The translations under genes and the position numbers were made by a program. From contig CAVTXK010000002.1 of the NCBI GenBank assembly GCA_963738685.1, positions 944,168-1,008,167 of the forward strand: DNA of 64,000 bases, written 5' to 3'. The DNA is from an uncultured Chloroflexia bacterium (GTDB lineage: Bacteria; Chloroflexota; Limnocylindria; Limnocylindrales; CSP1-4). Under the pieces are notes generated by a model. The model saw nothing but the letters and a program-made list of their open reading frames with translations. It ran no database searches and was not told the origin of the DNA. Shown here one piece after another: positions 53,468 to 64,000 of the stretch. Every line of letters begins with the position of its first letter. Within the stretch, counting starts at the first letter, position 1.

Positions 53468-54334
53468 TGGCGACCATCGCGCTCGGTCGCCGGACCGCGA
53501 CCATCGCTCGCCAGACCACGGATCGGGCGATCCTGCACGGGTTCCTCGCTCAGGACCGCCTGTACGCGGCCTACGCGATCTGCGACCTCGAGGAGCGCGA
53601 GTTCGGGCGGACCCGCTGGGGTGCCGCGTACGACGGCGACACGCTCGTGGCAGTCGGCCTGGAGTACACCGGCCCGACGCCCCAGCCGCTGTTCGTCATG
53701 GGCCGCACCGATGGGATCGAGGCCGTGCTGCGCGACGTCATCAAGCCGCGCGCCGCCTACATCGCCGCCCGCCCGGCGATGATCCCCGCCGTCGAGGCGC
53801 ACTATCGCGTCGACCCGGGTCCGCAGATGGTCCGCATGTGGGTCGATCGGCCGCGGTTCCGGCCGTACCCGGCCACGGTCCAACGCCTCCTGCCGGTCGA
53901 GATCGGCGAGCTCAACAAGCTCTACCAGCTGGGATTCGCGTCGTGGTTGCCATCGAGCGCCATCGCCGACGGCGTGTACTACGGGATGCGCATCAACGGC
54001 CAGCTGGTGGCCGCCGCCGGGACCCATGTCGTCAGCGCGTCTGCCCGACTGGCCGTCGTCGGCAACGTCCTGACCCATGTCGACTTCCGAGGACGCGGCT
54101 TCGCGACCGCCGTGACCGGTGCGGTGACCGTCCGAGCTGCTGCGAACCTGCGACCAGGTCGTCCTGAACGTCCGGGCGGATAATCCGCCGGCCATCAACG
54201 CCTACCGGCGCCTGGGCTTCGCCGAGCATGCCCGCTTCGAGGAACGGCTCATCCATCGCCTCGGCTCGCCGTGGCCCGACATCGCGGCGCCCCTGCGCCG
54301 CCTCTTCACCCGCAAGGAGACCGACACCCGATGA
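53467..54334 (+). CDS. GNAT-family N-acetyltransferase (apparent 1-nt indel ~54128-54131)
   Basis: MATIALGRR... [24 protein letters not shown] | [32 protein letters not shown]. This contains the R/QxxGxG/A acetyl-CoA motif. The stop overlaps the ahcY ATG (ATGA). Confidence 0.72.
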
Positions 54335-55608
54335 CGACCGCCACCGCCCTGCCCGCCCACGACGTGACCGACCTCGGCCTGGCCGCCGAGGGCGTCCGTC
54401 GGATCGAGTGGGCCGAGCGCGAGATGCCCGTCCTGCGCCTCATCCGCGAGCGCTTCGAGCGCGACCGGCCGCTGGAGGGCCTGCGGATCGGCGCGTGCCT
54501 CCACGTCACGACCGAGACCGCGAACCTGCTGCGCACGCTCAAGGCCGGTGGCGCCGAGGTCGTGATCGCCGCGTCCAACCCGCTGTCGACCAAGGACGAC
54601 GTGGCCGCGGCGCTCGTCGCCGAGTACGGCATCGGCGCGTTCGCGCGACGCGGCGAGGACCGCGACACGTACTACGCCCACCTCAACGCCGTCGCGGACA
54701 CGCACCCGCAGATCACGATGGACGACGGCTGCGACCTCGTCTCGCTGCTGCACAGCGAGCGGCCCGAGCAGGTCAAGGAAGTGCTCGCCGGGACCGAGGA
54801 GACGACGACGGGCGTCATCCGGCTCAAGGCCATGGCCGCCGACGGCGCCCTCGGCTTCCCGGTCGTGGCGGTCAATGAGGCCCAGACCAAGCACCTCTTC
54901 GACAACCGTTACGGCACCGGCCAGTCCACGGTCGACGGCATCATCCGAGCCACCAACATGCTCATCGCCGGTCGCAAGGTCGTGATCGCCGGCTATGGCT
55001 GGGTCGGCAAGGGGATCGCGTCCCGGATGGACGGCCACGGGGCCCACGTCGCGGTCGTCGAGGTCGACCCGGTCCGTGCTCTCGAGGCGCTGATGGATGG
55101 CTACCAGGTGATGACCCACACGGAGGCAGCCCGCTGGGGCGAGCTGTTCGTGACCGCGACCGGCAACCTCAACGTCTTCCGGCGCGAACATTTCGAGGCG
55201 ATGAAGGACGGCGCGGTCATGGCCAACTCCGGCCACTTCGACGCGGAGCTGGACCTGGCCGCCCTGCGGGCACTCGCCGAGGGCCACGTCCGCGAGGTCC
55301 GCGACAACGTCCAGGAGTTCGACCTGGGCGGCAAGAAGCTGCACCTCGTCGCCGAGGGCAGGCTGGTCAACCTCGGCGCGGCCGAGGGTCATCCTGCGGC
55401 GGTCATGGACATGAGCTTCGCGAACCAGGCGCTGTCCGCGGAGTACGTGGCGAAGCACCACGCCGAGCTCGAGCCCTCGGTCTACGTCGTGCCCGAGGCG
55501 ATCGATGCGGAGGTCGCGCGGCTCAAGCTGGCGGCCCTCGGCATCGAGCTCGAACCGATGACCGCGGAGCAGGCCGCGTACGTCGGCTCCTGGCAACACG
55601 GCACCTGA
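54331..55608 (+). CDS. ahcY: adenosylhomocysteinase
   Basis: [20 protein letters not shown], the NAD-binding site [11 protein letters not shown], and NLGAAEGHP. Confidence 0.95.
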   Translation: MTTATALPAHDVTDLGLAAEGVRRIEWAEREMPVLRLIRERFERDRPLEGLRIGACLHVTTETANLLRTLKAGGAEVVIAASNPLSTKDDVAAALVAEYGIGAFARRGEDRDTYYAHLNAVADTHPQITMDDGCDLVSLLHSERPEQVKEVLAGTEETTTGVIRLKAMAADGALGFPVVAVNEAQTKHLFDNRYGTGQSTVDGIIRATNMLIAGRKVVIAGYGWVGKGIASRMDGHGAHVAVVEVDPVRALEALMDGYQVMTHTEAARWGELFVTATGNLNVFRREHFEAMKDGAVMANSGHFDAELDLAALRALAEGHVREVRDNVQEFDLGGKKLHLVAEGRLVNLGAAEGHPAAVMDMSFANQALSAEYVAKHHAELEPSVYVVPEAIDAEVARLKLAALGIELEPMTAEQAAYVGSWQHGT

Positions 55609-55614
55609 GCGTCG

Positions 55615-57655
55615 ATGACCGAGCCGACCCGCGATCCCGAGCCGGAGTGGCAGCCCGCTGCCGAGCCTGCCGATGCGCCGATCGACGAGACCCCGCGCCT
55701 GCCCTACGGCAGTTGGCCGTCGCCGATCCGGGTCGAGGATCTCGTCGGCGAGGTCGTTCGCCTCGGCGAGCCCTGGATCGACGGTGACGACGTCTACTGG
55801 GTGGAAGGCCGGCCGGCGGAGGCCGGGCGGTGCGTGCTCGTCCAGCGGGCCGAGGACGGGACCACCGCCGACCTGACCCCGCCCCCCTACGACGTCCGAT
55901 CGCGGGTCCATGAGTACGGCGGTGGCTCGTACACGGTGGCGGGCGGCACCGTGGTCTTCTCGAACCGTGTGGACGGCCGGCTCTATCGACTCGATCCGGG
56001 CGTCGAACCGCCCGCGCCGATGACCCCGGAGGGCGACTACCGCTATGCCGACCTGCGGTTCGATGCGGGCCGGCGGCGCTTCCTCGCGGTCCGTGAGGAC
56101 CACACCGGCGCCGGCCAGCCCAAGGCTGCGATCGTCGACGTGCCGCTCGATGGTGACCGGGATCCGCTCGTACTCGTCGAGGGCCCGGATTTCCTGTCCG
56201 CGCCGCGGCTCTCGCCTGACGGGCGATCCCTCGCCTGGCTCGAGTGGGACCACCCGGACATGCCGTGGGACGCGACGGAGCTGCGCATCGCGGCGGTCAA
56301 CGACGACGGCACGCTGGGGGCATCGGACCTGGCCGCCGGCGGGCCGGACGAATTGATCGTCCAGCCGGACTGGTCGCCCGACGGGGTCCTCCACCTCATC
56401 AGCGACCGCAGCGGCTGGTGGAACCTGTACCGCCTCGTCGACGGGCCGCGGCTGGAGCCGCTCGCGCCGATGGAGGCCGAGTTCGCCGATCCGGCCTGGT
56501 TGTTCGACCGCTCGTCGTACGGGTTCCTGCCCGATGGCTCGATCGCGGCGGTCGGTCGGTCGCGTGGGCGAGACCGGTTGTTCCACATCGCCCCGGGCCG
56601 CCTCGTCGGCGAGGTGGAGACGCCGTTCACGGAGTTCAGCAACCTGCGCGTCGGCCCGCGCTCGGTCGTCGCGACCGTCGGCTCGCCGACCGAGGCATCG
56701 ATGGTCGTCGCGCTCGATCCGTCGACGCTGGCGCCGGCCGGCGTCCTGCGCCGCTCCAGCCCGATCGCGATCGACCCGGCCTGGATCTCGGTCGCCGAGC
56801 CGATCACGTTCCCGAGTGCCGGCGGGCGTGTGGCCCACGCCCTCGCGTACCGGCCGCACAACCCCGAGGTGCGGGCACCCGACGGCGAACTGCCGCCGCT
56901 ACTCGTCTACTCGCACGGCGGTCCGACCGCCAATGCCGCCAACATGCTCGATCCGGTCGTCCAGTTCCTGACCAGCCGGGGGATCGCGGTCGTCGATGTC
57001 GACTATGGCGGCAGCTCGGGCTACGGCCGCGAGTACCGCCGCGCCCTCGACGGCCAGTGGGGCGTCGTCGACGTCGACGATTGCGTGGCCGCCGCCAGGT
57101 ACCTCGCCGACCGGGGCGAGGTCGATCCCGAGCGCCTCGCGATCGAGGGCGGGAGTGCCGGCGGGTTCACGACGCTTGCGGCGCTCGCGTTCCGGGACAC
57201 CTTCGCGGCAGGCATCAGCCTGTTCGGTGTCGGCGACCTCGAGGCGCTGGCGCGCGACACCCACAAGTTCGAATCGCGCTATCTCGACCGCCTCGTCGGG
57301 CCGTACCCGGCGATGGCCGACCGGTATCGCGAGCGCTCGCCGGTCCACTACCTCGACGAGATCTCGTGCCCGGTCCTCGTCCTCCAGGGGCTCGAGGACA
57401 AGGTCGTGCCGCCGGGCCAGGCGGAGGCGATCGTCGCGGCTCTCGCGGCCAACGGCGTCCCCCACGCGTACCTCGCGTTCGAGGGCGAGGGCCACGGGTT
57501 CCGCGGCGCCGACGCCATCCGGCGGACCATCGAGGCCCGGATGTCCGTTCCTCGGTGCCGTCTTCGGGTTCACGCCCGCCGACACGCTCGAACCCGTCGA
57601 CCTGCCGGGCCTGGATGCCTGGCGCGCGCGCCACGGGCGCGTCGCGATCGGCTAG
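55615..57655 (+). CDS. S9-family serine peptidase (prolyl oligopeptidase / acylaminoacyl-peptidase-like) (apparent 1-nt insertion ~57547)
   Basis: An N-terminal beta-propeller-like region, then the catalytic GGSAGGFTTL, LVLQGLEDKVVP and EGEGHGF. The C-terminus ...IEARMS | FLGAVFGFTPADTLEPVDLPGLDAWRARHGRVAIG* lies in the 56996..57655 frame. Confidence 0.85.
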
Positions 57656-57737
57656 CGAGGGCCGACCGTCATCACGCACCTGCCCTTCGCCGTCGCCGAG
57701 ACTGCGGCCGAGTCCGTCGCAGGGCCCGATCGAGCTC

Positions 57738-59280
57738 GTGTTCCTCATGTTCGCCGTTGCCGTCGCCCTCACGTATGTCGCCCGGCGGCTGCGGATCGCC
57801 GAGCCGATCCTGTTCCTGCTCGGCGGGATCGCGTTGAGCCGTCGTCCCGGACCTGCCCGAGATCTCGCTCGAGCCGGACGTCGTCTTCCTCCTGTTCCTG
57901 CCGCCGATCCTGTTCGCGGCGGCGTACTTCACGCCGATCCGCGACTTCAAGGCGAATCTGCGCGGCCGATCCTGTTGCTCGCCATCGGGCTGGTGCTGTT
58001 CACGACGGTCGCCGTCGCGTTGGTCACGCAGCAGCTCACCGGCATGCCGCTCGCCGCGGCGTTCGCGCTCGGGGCCATCGTCGCGCCGCCCGACGCGGTG
58101 GCGGCCACGGCGGTCTTCCAGCGGCTCGGGGTCTCGCGGCGGATCGTCACGATCCTCGAGGGCGAGAGCCTCATCAACGACGCGTCGGCGCTCATCGCGT
58201 ACCGGGCCGCGGTCGCGGCGATGGGGCCGGTCGCGTTCTCGATCGGCGTCGCCGGGCTGGACTTCGTGGTCGTCGCGGTCGGCGGCCTCGCCGTCGGAGC
58301 GGTCATCGGCGTGGTGGTGACGCGTGCACTCGGTCGGACATCGGAGCCCGTCATCGAGATCATCGTCACGTTGCTGGCGCCGGTGACGGCCTACCTGGCG
58401 GCCGAGCAGTTCGAGTTCTCCGGGGTGCTCGCCACGGTGCTGGCCGGGCTCATCACCGGCCGGCGCGCGGCACGGGTGCTGTCACCCGACGCCCGGATCA
58501 TGGGCCGCGGCGTGTGGCAGACGGTCATCTGGCTCATCAACGCGTTCGTGTTCATGCTCATCGGCCTGCAGCTCCCCGGCATCCTCGAGGCGGTCCTCCG
58601 GGACTACCGCCCGGAGCAGCTCCTCGGCCTGGGTCTGGCCGTCAGCCTGACCTGCATCGTCGCGCGGATCGTGTGGGTCTTCCCGGCGACGTACCTGCCG
58701 CGGTTCATCGCCGAAGATCCGCGAGCGCGACCCGAATCCGCCTGTTCGCGCGGTGTTCATCGTGTCGTGGGCCGGGATGCGCGGGGTCGTCTCGCTCGCC
58801 GCGGCGTTCGCGCTGCCGCCCGACTTCCCGTCGCGCGACCTCATCCTGTTCCTGACCTTCTGCGTGATCGCTGCGACGCTCGTCGGGCAGGGCCTGACCC
58901 TGCCGTGGCTGATCCGGCGCCTCGGGTTGCTCGCTCCGGACGGCAAGGACGCGGAAGAGGTCCATGCGCGCCTGGCGGCGGTGGAGGCGGCCTTGCAGCG
59001 GCTCGAGCAGCTCCGCCATGACTTTCCGACCCACCTGCCGCTCATCGACCAGCTCCGCGACGAGTACGAGCACGAGGCCAGCCATGTGGCTCCCAGCCCG
59101 GACGTCGCTCCCGACGAGGCCGACCAGGAGCTGATCGATCACCGGGCGATCCGGTCCGCGGTCCTGGTGGCCGAGCGCGAGGCGGTCATCGGGCTGCGCG
59201 ACGCCGGCGTGATCAACGACGAGACCCTCCGGCGCATCGAGCGCGATCTCGACCTCCAGGCGGTACGTTCCGGCGCCTGA
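57738..59280 (+). CDS. Na+/H+ antiporter, CPA1 (NhaP-type) with cytoplasmic C-terminal domain; three apparent indels (57839-57840, 57964-57967, ~58710); start uncertain
   Basis: [30 protein letters not shown] | [41 protein letters not shown] | [14 protein letters not shown]...[14 protein letters not shown]... | [32 protein letters not shown]... Confidence 0.8.
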
Positions 59281-59339
59281 CGCCCCGGACGTCCGGGCCG
59301 GTGGGAGACGGACGCGGGTGCATGCTAGGCTTCCGGCCC

Positions 59340-60563
59340 ATGAGCATCGTCGACGCCCCCCACTACCTGTTCACGTCCGAATCGGTCACCGAAGGCCACC
59401 CGGACAAGATGTGTGACCAGGTCTCCGACGCGATCCTCGACGCGATCCTGCGCGGACGACCCCAACGCCCGGGTCGCGTGCGAGACGGCGACGACGACCG
59501 GACTCGTGCTCGTCCTCGGCGAGATCACGACCCACACCTACGTCGACTTCCAGTCGATCGTCCGCGACACGGTCCGCGACATCGGCTACACGCGAGCCGA
59601 CTACGGCTTCGACTACCAGACCTGCGGCACGCTCGTCTCGGTCAAGGAGCAGTCGCCGGACATCGCCCAGGGCGTCGATGCGGCGCTCGAGGTGCGCGAC
59701 GACGCCGCCTCCGCGTTCGAGCTCGGGGCCGGCGACCAGGGGATGATGTTCGGGTTCGCCTGCCGCGACACGCCGGAGCTCATGCCGCTGCCGATCGCCC
59801 TGGCCCACCGGATGGCGCGCCGCCTCGCCGAGGTCCGCAAGTCCGGCCAGCTGCCGTACCTGCGCCCGGACGGCAAGACCCAGGTCACCGTCGAGTACGA
59901 GCATGGCGTGCCCAAGCGGGTGCGAACGGTCGTGGTCTCCGCCCAGCACGACCCGGACGTCCGCGCCGGAACGGCTCCGCGCCGAGATCGTCGAGTCGGT
60001 CATCCTGCCGACCATCCCGCGCGAGCTGCGCGACACGGACCCGGTCATGCACGTCAACCCGACCGGCCGGTTCGTGACCGGTGGCCCGATGGGCGACGCC
60101 GGACTGACCGGCCGCAAGATCATCGTCGACTCGTACGGCGGCATGGCCCGCCACGGTGGCGGCGCGTTCTCCGGCAAGGATCCGACGAAGGTCGACCGCT
60201 CCGCCGCGTACGCCGCCCGCTGGGTCGCCAAGAACGTGGTCGCGGCGGGCCTCGCCGACCGGTTCGAGGTCGAGGTCGCGTACGGCATCGGCATCGCCCG
60301 GCCCATCTCGTTCTCGGTCGAGTCGTTCGGCACCGGACGGATCGACGACGACGCGATCCAGGCGCTCATCGAGCGGCATTTCGACCTGCGGCCCGGCGTC
60401 GATCATCGCGGCGCTCGACCTGCGCCGGCCGATCTACCGGCAGACCGCCGCGTACGGCCACTTCGGCCGGCCCGACCTCGACCTGCCGTGGGAGCGCACC
60501 GACAAGGCGGCGATCCTCGCCGCCGATGCGGGCCTGCCGGAGCCGGAGCTGGTCGAGGCCTGA
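59340..60563 (+). CDS. metK: S-adenosylmethionine synthase (three apparent indels near 59452-59457, ~59960, ~60398)
   Basis: [29 protein letters not shown] | [26 protein letters not shown]...[12 protein letters not shown]...[14 protein letters not shown] | ...[26 protein letters not shown]...[19 protein letters not shown] | ...[23 protein letters not shown]. Confidence 0.95.
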
Positions 60564-60634
60564 GCGGGCGCCACCGCGCATCCGCACGAGCCGGTCGCTC
60601 GAGGCGACCTCCCGGTGGCGCTGCGGGACATGGC

Positions 60635-61579
60635 CTAGCTCGACTGCTCCGTGATGATCCCGGCGACGGACGCGCCGCCGGGGCCTGAGCCGGTCCGCCG
60701 GGCGTTGCGGCTGACGAGGAATTGCCCGATCAGCAGGACGGACAGGGTGATCAGCAGCATGATCGCGGCCACGGCGTTGGTCGCCGGCGTGACGCCCTGC
60801 CGGATCTGCCCGAATACGAACAGCGGCAGCGTGGTGTTCCCGGCCCCTGACACGAATGTCGTGATGACATAGTCGTCGAAGCTGAAGGTGAACGACAGCA
60901 GCGCGCCGGCCACGATCGCCGGCAGCAGCTGCGGGAACGTGATCTGCCAGAACGTCCGCCACGGCGTCCCGTACAGGTCCATGCTGGCCTCCACGTGGGT
61001 CCGGTCCATCCCCGCCAGCCGGGCGCGCACGAGCAGCAGCACCAGGCTGATGTTGAACAGGGCATGGGCGACGATGATGGTCGGGTAGCCGAGTCGGAGA
61101 TCGGCGCCGAATAGGTTCTCGGCCACGTCGAACGTGGTCGAGAAGAAGATCAACGTCGCCAGGGCGATGACGATCTCGGGGATGATCACGCTGGTGTAGG
61201 TGAGCGCATCGAACGGGATGCGGAACCAGCGCGGCGTGCGCTGCAGCCCGAGCGCCGCCAGGGTCCCGACCACCGAGGCGATGATCGCCGTCGCAGTCGC
61301 GACGATCGCGCTGTTGATGAGGTAGCCCTGGATCTGCAGGTCGCCGATGACGCGGTCGTACCATTTCAGGCTGAACCCCTCCCAGTTCGTGACCCGGCCA
61401 TCGGTCCCGTTGAAGCTGAACAGGACCACGACCGCGATGGGGATGTACAGGAAGAGGTAGACGAGGACGGTGTGTGCGCGCAGCCACACCTCGACGAACT
61501 GGCCGCCTCGGTCGACACCCGCGGCCAGACGCCGCCTGGTCGAGCCGCGCCCCTTGGCCGCGATCGCCGGGCTGCTCAT
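60635..61579 (-). CDS. potC: spermidine/putrescine ABC transporter permease (PotC-like)
   Basis: ATGA overlap with the potB end. Six TM segments. The EAA-loop region reads [29 protein letters not shown]. Confidence 0.85.
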   Translation of the reverse strand: MSSPAIAAKGRGSTRRRLAAGVDRGGQFVEVWLRAHTVLVYLFLYIPIAVVVLFSFNGTDGRVTNWEGFSLKWYDRVIGDLQIQGYLINSAIVATATAIIASVVGTLAALGLQRTPRWFRIPFDALTYTSVIIPEIVIALATLIFFSTTFDVAENLFGADLRLGYPTIIVAHALFNISLVLLLVRARLAGMDRTHVEASMDLYGTPWRTFWQITFPQLLPAIVAGALLSFTFSFDDYVITTFVSGAGNTTLPLFVFGQIRQGVTPATNAVAAIMLLITLSVLLIGQFLVSRNARRTGSGPGGASVAGIITEQSS

Positions 61580-62490
61580 ACCAGGTTGACCTCGCGGCCC
61601 TTCCGGCCGCGGTTCACGAACCACAGGTAGAAGGTGATCGCGACCAGCATGATCGCGATCAGGGTCACCGCCTTGGCCGCGCCGCCCGGCCAGTCGCGCG
61701 CGGTCAGGAACTCGTTCACCAGCGCGTTGCCGATCAGGTAGACCCGCCCGCGCCCGAGAATCTGCGGGATGACGTACTCGCCCATCATCGGGATGAACAC
61801 GAGGATGCTGCCGGTGATCAGGCCCGGCAGGATGATCGGCAGCGTGACCTGGCGGAACGTGGCCAGCCGACCAGCACCGAGGTCCTTGGAGGCCTCGACG
61901 AGCGCGCGATCCATCCGCTCGAGGATGACGTACAGGGGAAAGACCATCAGCGGCAGGTAGCCGTAGACGATGCCGATCAGGACGGCCGGTGCTTCGCCGA
62001 GCAGCCGGAACGCCGGGTCCCCGATGACGTCACCGATGAACCCCGCGACGCCGTTGGGGCCCAGGATCAGCAGCCATGCGTACGTCCGGACGAGGAAGCT
62101 CGTCCAGAACGGGACGACCAGCAGGACGATCAACAGCGCCTTGTGCCGGCCGGCGCGGGTGGCGATGTAGTACGCGAGCGGGAGCCCGACGAGGAGGCAC
62201 AGGACGGTCCCGGAGATCGACAGGGCGAGGCTGGTGACGAACGGGCTCGGGTTCTGTGCGACGGTGCCGAAGTTATCGAGCGTGAATGCGGGGTCGTAGC
62301 CGCCGTTCGGCGCTCGTTCGCCGAAGCTGATGATGATCACGATGGCCACCGGCACGACCAGCAGGATCAGGTACCAGAGGCTGGCCGGCAGGAGGAGCAG
62401 CGCGGTCAGCAGCCGCGCTCGCCCCTGGCCGGGTGTCTTCGCGGTCGACGCCGGTCGCGGGACCGGCGTCGACGGGGCGATCGTTGCCAT
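61576..62490 (-). CDS. potB: spermidine/putrescine ABC transporter permease (PotB-like)
   Basis: LERMDRALVEASKDLGAGRLATFRQVTLP is an EAA loop. Six TM segments. Confidence 0.85.
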   Translation of the reverse strand: MATIAPSTPVPRPASTAKTPGQGRARLLTALLLLPASLWYLILLVVPVAIVIIISFGERAPNGGYDPAFTLDNFGTVAQNPSPFVTSLALSISGTVLCLLVGLPLAYYIATRAGRHKALLIVLLVVPFWTSFLVRTYAWLLILGPNGVAGFIGDVIGDPAFRLLGEAPAVLIGIVYGYLPLMVFPLYVILERMDRALVEASKDLGAGRLATFRQVTLPIILPGLITGSILVFIPMMGEYVIPQILGRGRVYLIGNALVNEFLTARDWPGGAAKAVTLIAIMLVAITFYLWFVNRGRKGREVNLV

Positions 62491-62525
62491 CGCTGGGATC
62501 GGACCGGGACGCGGGGGTCGGTCGG

Positions 62526-63665
62526 TCAGCTCTGGCCGATCTTGGAGCGGAACTCTTCCCAGATCTCGTTGCGGAGAGGATCGCCGGACGTGTCCTGGGC
62601 TCCTTCGAGCCGGGGGAACACCGAGTCCGGGACGAAGACCGCCGGATCGTCGAGGATCTCCTGCGGGACGAACTTCTTGGCTTCGTCGTTCGGGGTGGCG
62701 TAGCGGTTGGCGATCGTCTCCTCGGCCTGGATCTGCGGATCGTGGATGAAGTTGAGGAACGCATGCGAGACGTTCGGGTGCGGCGCGTCCTTGAAGATCA
62801 CCCAGGTATCCATCCAGTACAGCGTCCCGTCCTCGGGCACGATGTACTCCACGTCAGCGGTCTCCGGCACGTCCCGGAGCTCCACGACGCCGCCCGTCCA
62901 GGTTAGGCCGAGGACGGCTTCCTCATCGCGGATCGGCACCTCGTAGGTGTTCGAGTCCAGAGAACCGACGTGCGGCGCCAGCCCGAGCAGCAGCTCGCGG
63001 GCCGCGTTCAGCTCGGTCGGATCGACCGTGTTGAGGGAGTACCCGAGCGCCTTGAGCGGGGCCGTGAAGACGTCGCCCATGGAGTCGACTACCACGATCT
63101 GGCCGGAGTACTTCGGTGCGACCTCGAAGAACTGCTTCCAGGTCTTGACCTCATCCTTGACGAAGTTGCGACGGAGGACGATCCCGGTCGTGCCCCAGTC
63201 CTTCGGCAGCTGGTACTCGTCCGTTGGATCCCACCACAGGCCCTTGAACTTCGCGTTGATGTACTTGGCGTTGGGGATCTTGGACATGTCGAGCTTTTCG
63301 AGGAAGCCCTCCTCGACCATGCCCGGGACGTACTCGGCGGTCGGAGCCCCCACGTCGTACTGGCCCACGCCGCCCGCCTGCAGCTTGGCCAGCATGACCT
63401 CGTTCGAATCGAATACGTCGTAGGTCAGCTTGTCGAGGCCGAAGGCCGTCTTGAACAGCTCCTGGTTGGACTTGGAGATGTAGTCCGCCCAGTTGTAGAT
63501 GAACAACTCCTTCTCGAGATCGGCCGGGACCGCGAAGCTGGGGACGGCGGTCGCATTCGGAGCGGCGCTCCCGCCGGCCGGGGCGGCGCACGCCGCCAGC
63601 CAGGCGCTGGTCGCGGCCAGCAATGATCCGTGCATGAACCCGCGGCGGGTGATCTGATGCCGCAT
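62526..63665 (-). CDS. potD: polyamine (spermidine/putrescine) ABC transporter substrate-binding lipoprotein, Tat-type signal
   Basis: I chose the ATG at 63665. MRHQITRRGFMHGSLLAATSAWLAAC|A carries a twin-arginine motif plus a lipobox. PotD/PotF-like body: LFIYNWADYI, WGTTGIV. An alternative upstream start lies at 63710. Confidence 0.85.
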   Translation of the reverse strand: MRHQITRRGFMHGSLLAATSAWLAACAAPAGGSAAPNATAVPSFAVPADLEKELFIYNWADYISKSNQELFKTAFGLDKLTYDVFDSNEVMLAKLQAGGVGQYDVGAPTAEYVPGMVEEGFLEKLDMSKIPNAKYINAKFKGLWWDPTDEYQLPKDWGTTGIVLRRNFVKDEVKTWKQFFEVAPKYSGQIVVVDSMGDVFTAPLKALGYSLNTVDPTELNAARELLLGLAPHVGSLDSNTYEVPIRDEEAVLGLTWTGGVVELRDVPETADVEYIVPEDGTLYWMDTWVIFKDAPHPNVSHAFLNFIHDPQIQAEETIANRYATPNDEAKKFVPQEILDDPAVFVPDSVFPRLEGAQDTSGDPLRNEIWEEFRSKIGQS

Positions 63666-63751
63666 CGCTCGCTCGATCGCCGAGCCGGGATCCTGTTCTG
63701 CCACGACCACTCCTCCTCCGATACGAGCTGATTCGCAGCTCGACGATCACC

Positions 63752-64000
63752 TCACCCGACGAGGATGAGGTTCGCTTCCTCGTGCCAGCGGACCTGGACC
63801 GGATCGCCCGGCCCCAACCCCTGGCTGGAGGATGTCCCTGATGCGTTCTGCCGGCGGACAACGAGCTCGCCGGCGGTGTCGGTGGTGATGCGGTACTCGG
63901 TCTGGTCGCCGAGGTAGGTGCCCTGGTCGATCCGGCCGGGCAAAGTCGCCCAGCCATCCGTGGCGCTTGCGCGTTCGGCGCCATCGTGATCGTCGGTCCG
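63752..64000 (-). CDS. potA: polyamine ABC transporter ATP-binding protein, C-terminal (TOBE-like) part; gene continues beyond window end
   Basis: The frame is open to the window edge: ...DGWATLPGRIDQGTYLGDQTEYRITTDTAGELVVRRQN...GDPVQVRWHEEANLILVG*. It lies in operon position upstream of potD. Confidence 0.65.
   Translation of the reverse strand, partial: RTDDHDGAERASATDGWATLPGRIDQGTYLGDQTEYRITTDTAGELVVRRQNASGTSSSQGLGPGDPVQVRWHEEANLILVG

Noticed and set aside
53188-54183. The continuous ORF suggesting an MtnA C-terminus fused to the GNAT domain, i.e. a fusion protein.
   Set aside because: The region demonstrably contains indel errors. An alternative frame provides a stop that overlaps the GNAT ATG (TGATG), which is typical of coupled separate genes. 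The GNAT has its own plausible N-terminus. I keep it as an open question in the mtnA finding and do not call it a fusion.
59281-59339. A possible SAM riboswitch in front of metK.
   Set aside because: Only 59 nt separate the antiporter stop from the metK ATG. Most of that is a palindromic hairpin (cccggacgtccggg) that looks like the upstream gene's terminator, which is too short for SAM-I/IV architectures.

Overview
This is a high-GC bacterial chromosomal segment (roughly 70% GC by eye, not computed), densely coding. I call about 55 protein genes and found no rRNA, tRNA, CRISPR array, transposase or integrase by eye.

**Content.** Most genes are housekeeping:
- Glycolysis: gap-pgk-eno.
- Translation and ribosome: rpsT, lepA, rpsU, pth, ybeY, prmA.
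- A CIRCE/HrcA heat-shock operon: hrcA-grpE-dnaK ... dnaJ-prmA.
- mfd.
- A SAM-cycle / methionine-salvage / polyamine neighbourhood: apt-mtnA-GNAT-ahcY ... metK, with potABCD convergent.

The gene order (lepA-hemW-hrcA-grpE-dnaK, rpsU-yqeY-pgpH-ybeY) resembles Bacillota/Chloroflexota. The high GC and an F420-type LLM oxidoreductase point to a high-GC Terrabacteria lineage, but I cannot assign taxonomy from sequence alone.

**Less ordinary content.**
- A 7.6 kb block sits between dnaK and dnaJ. It carries an XRE-HTH/PD-(D/E)xK nuclease fusion, a split-barrel (PNPOx-like) protein translationally coupled to a PNPOx-UbiA prenyltransferase fusion, a DrrAB/NodIJ-like ABC exporter and a family-5 UDG.
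- A putative lipid cluster: fadD-like ligase, lgt-like gene, two paralogous membrane proteins, and an MJ0619/Tes-family (class D) radical SAM protein with C-terminal TM helices.
- A 1.2k-aa lamin-tail-domain / OB-repeat surface protein.
- Ala/Lys-rich tails on Pgk and S20.
- Four unusually long intergenic regions with tandem or dispersed GC-rich repeats, two of which have stop-rich, AT-richer cores that are candidate ncRNAs.

**Caveat.** At least 24 single-base indels interrupt otherwise well-conserved genes, including gap, dnaK, metK and ybeY. Most lie in short G/C runs and they cluster at 39-42 kb and 57.5-60.5 kb. I read them as sequencing or assembly errors, not biology. The spans I give for those genes bridge the frame changes.
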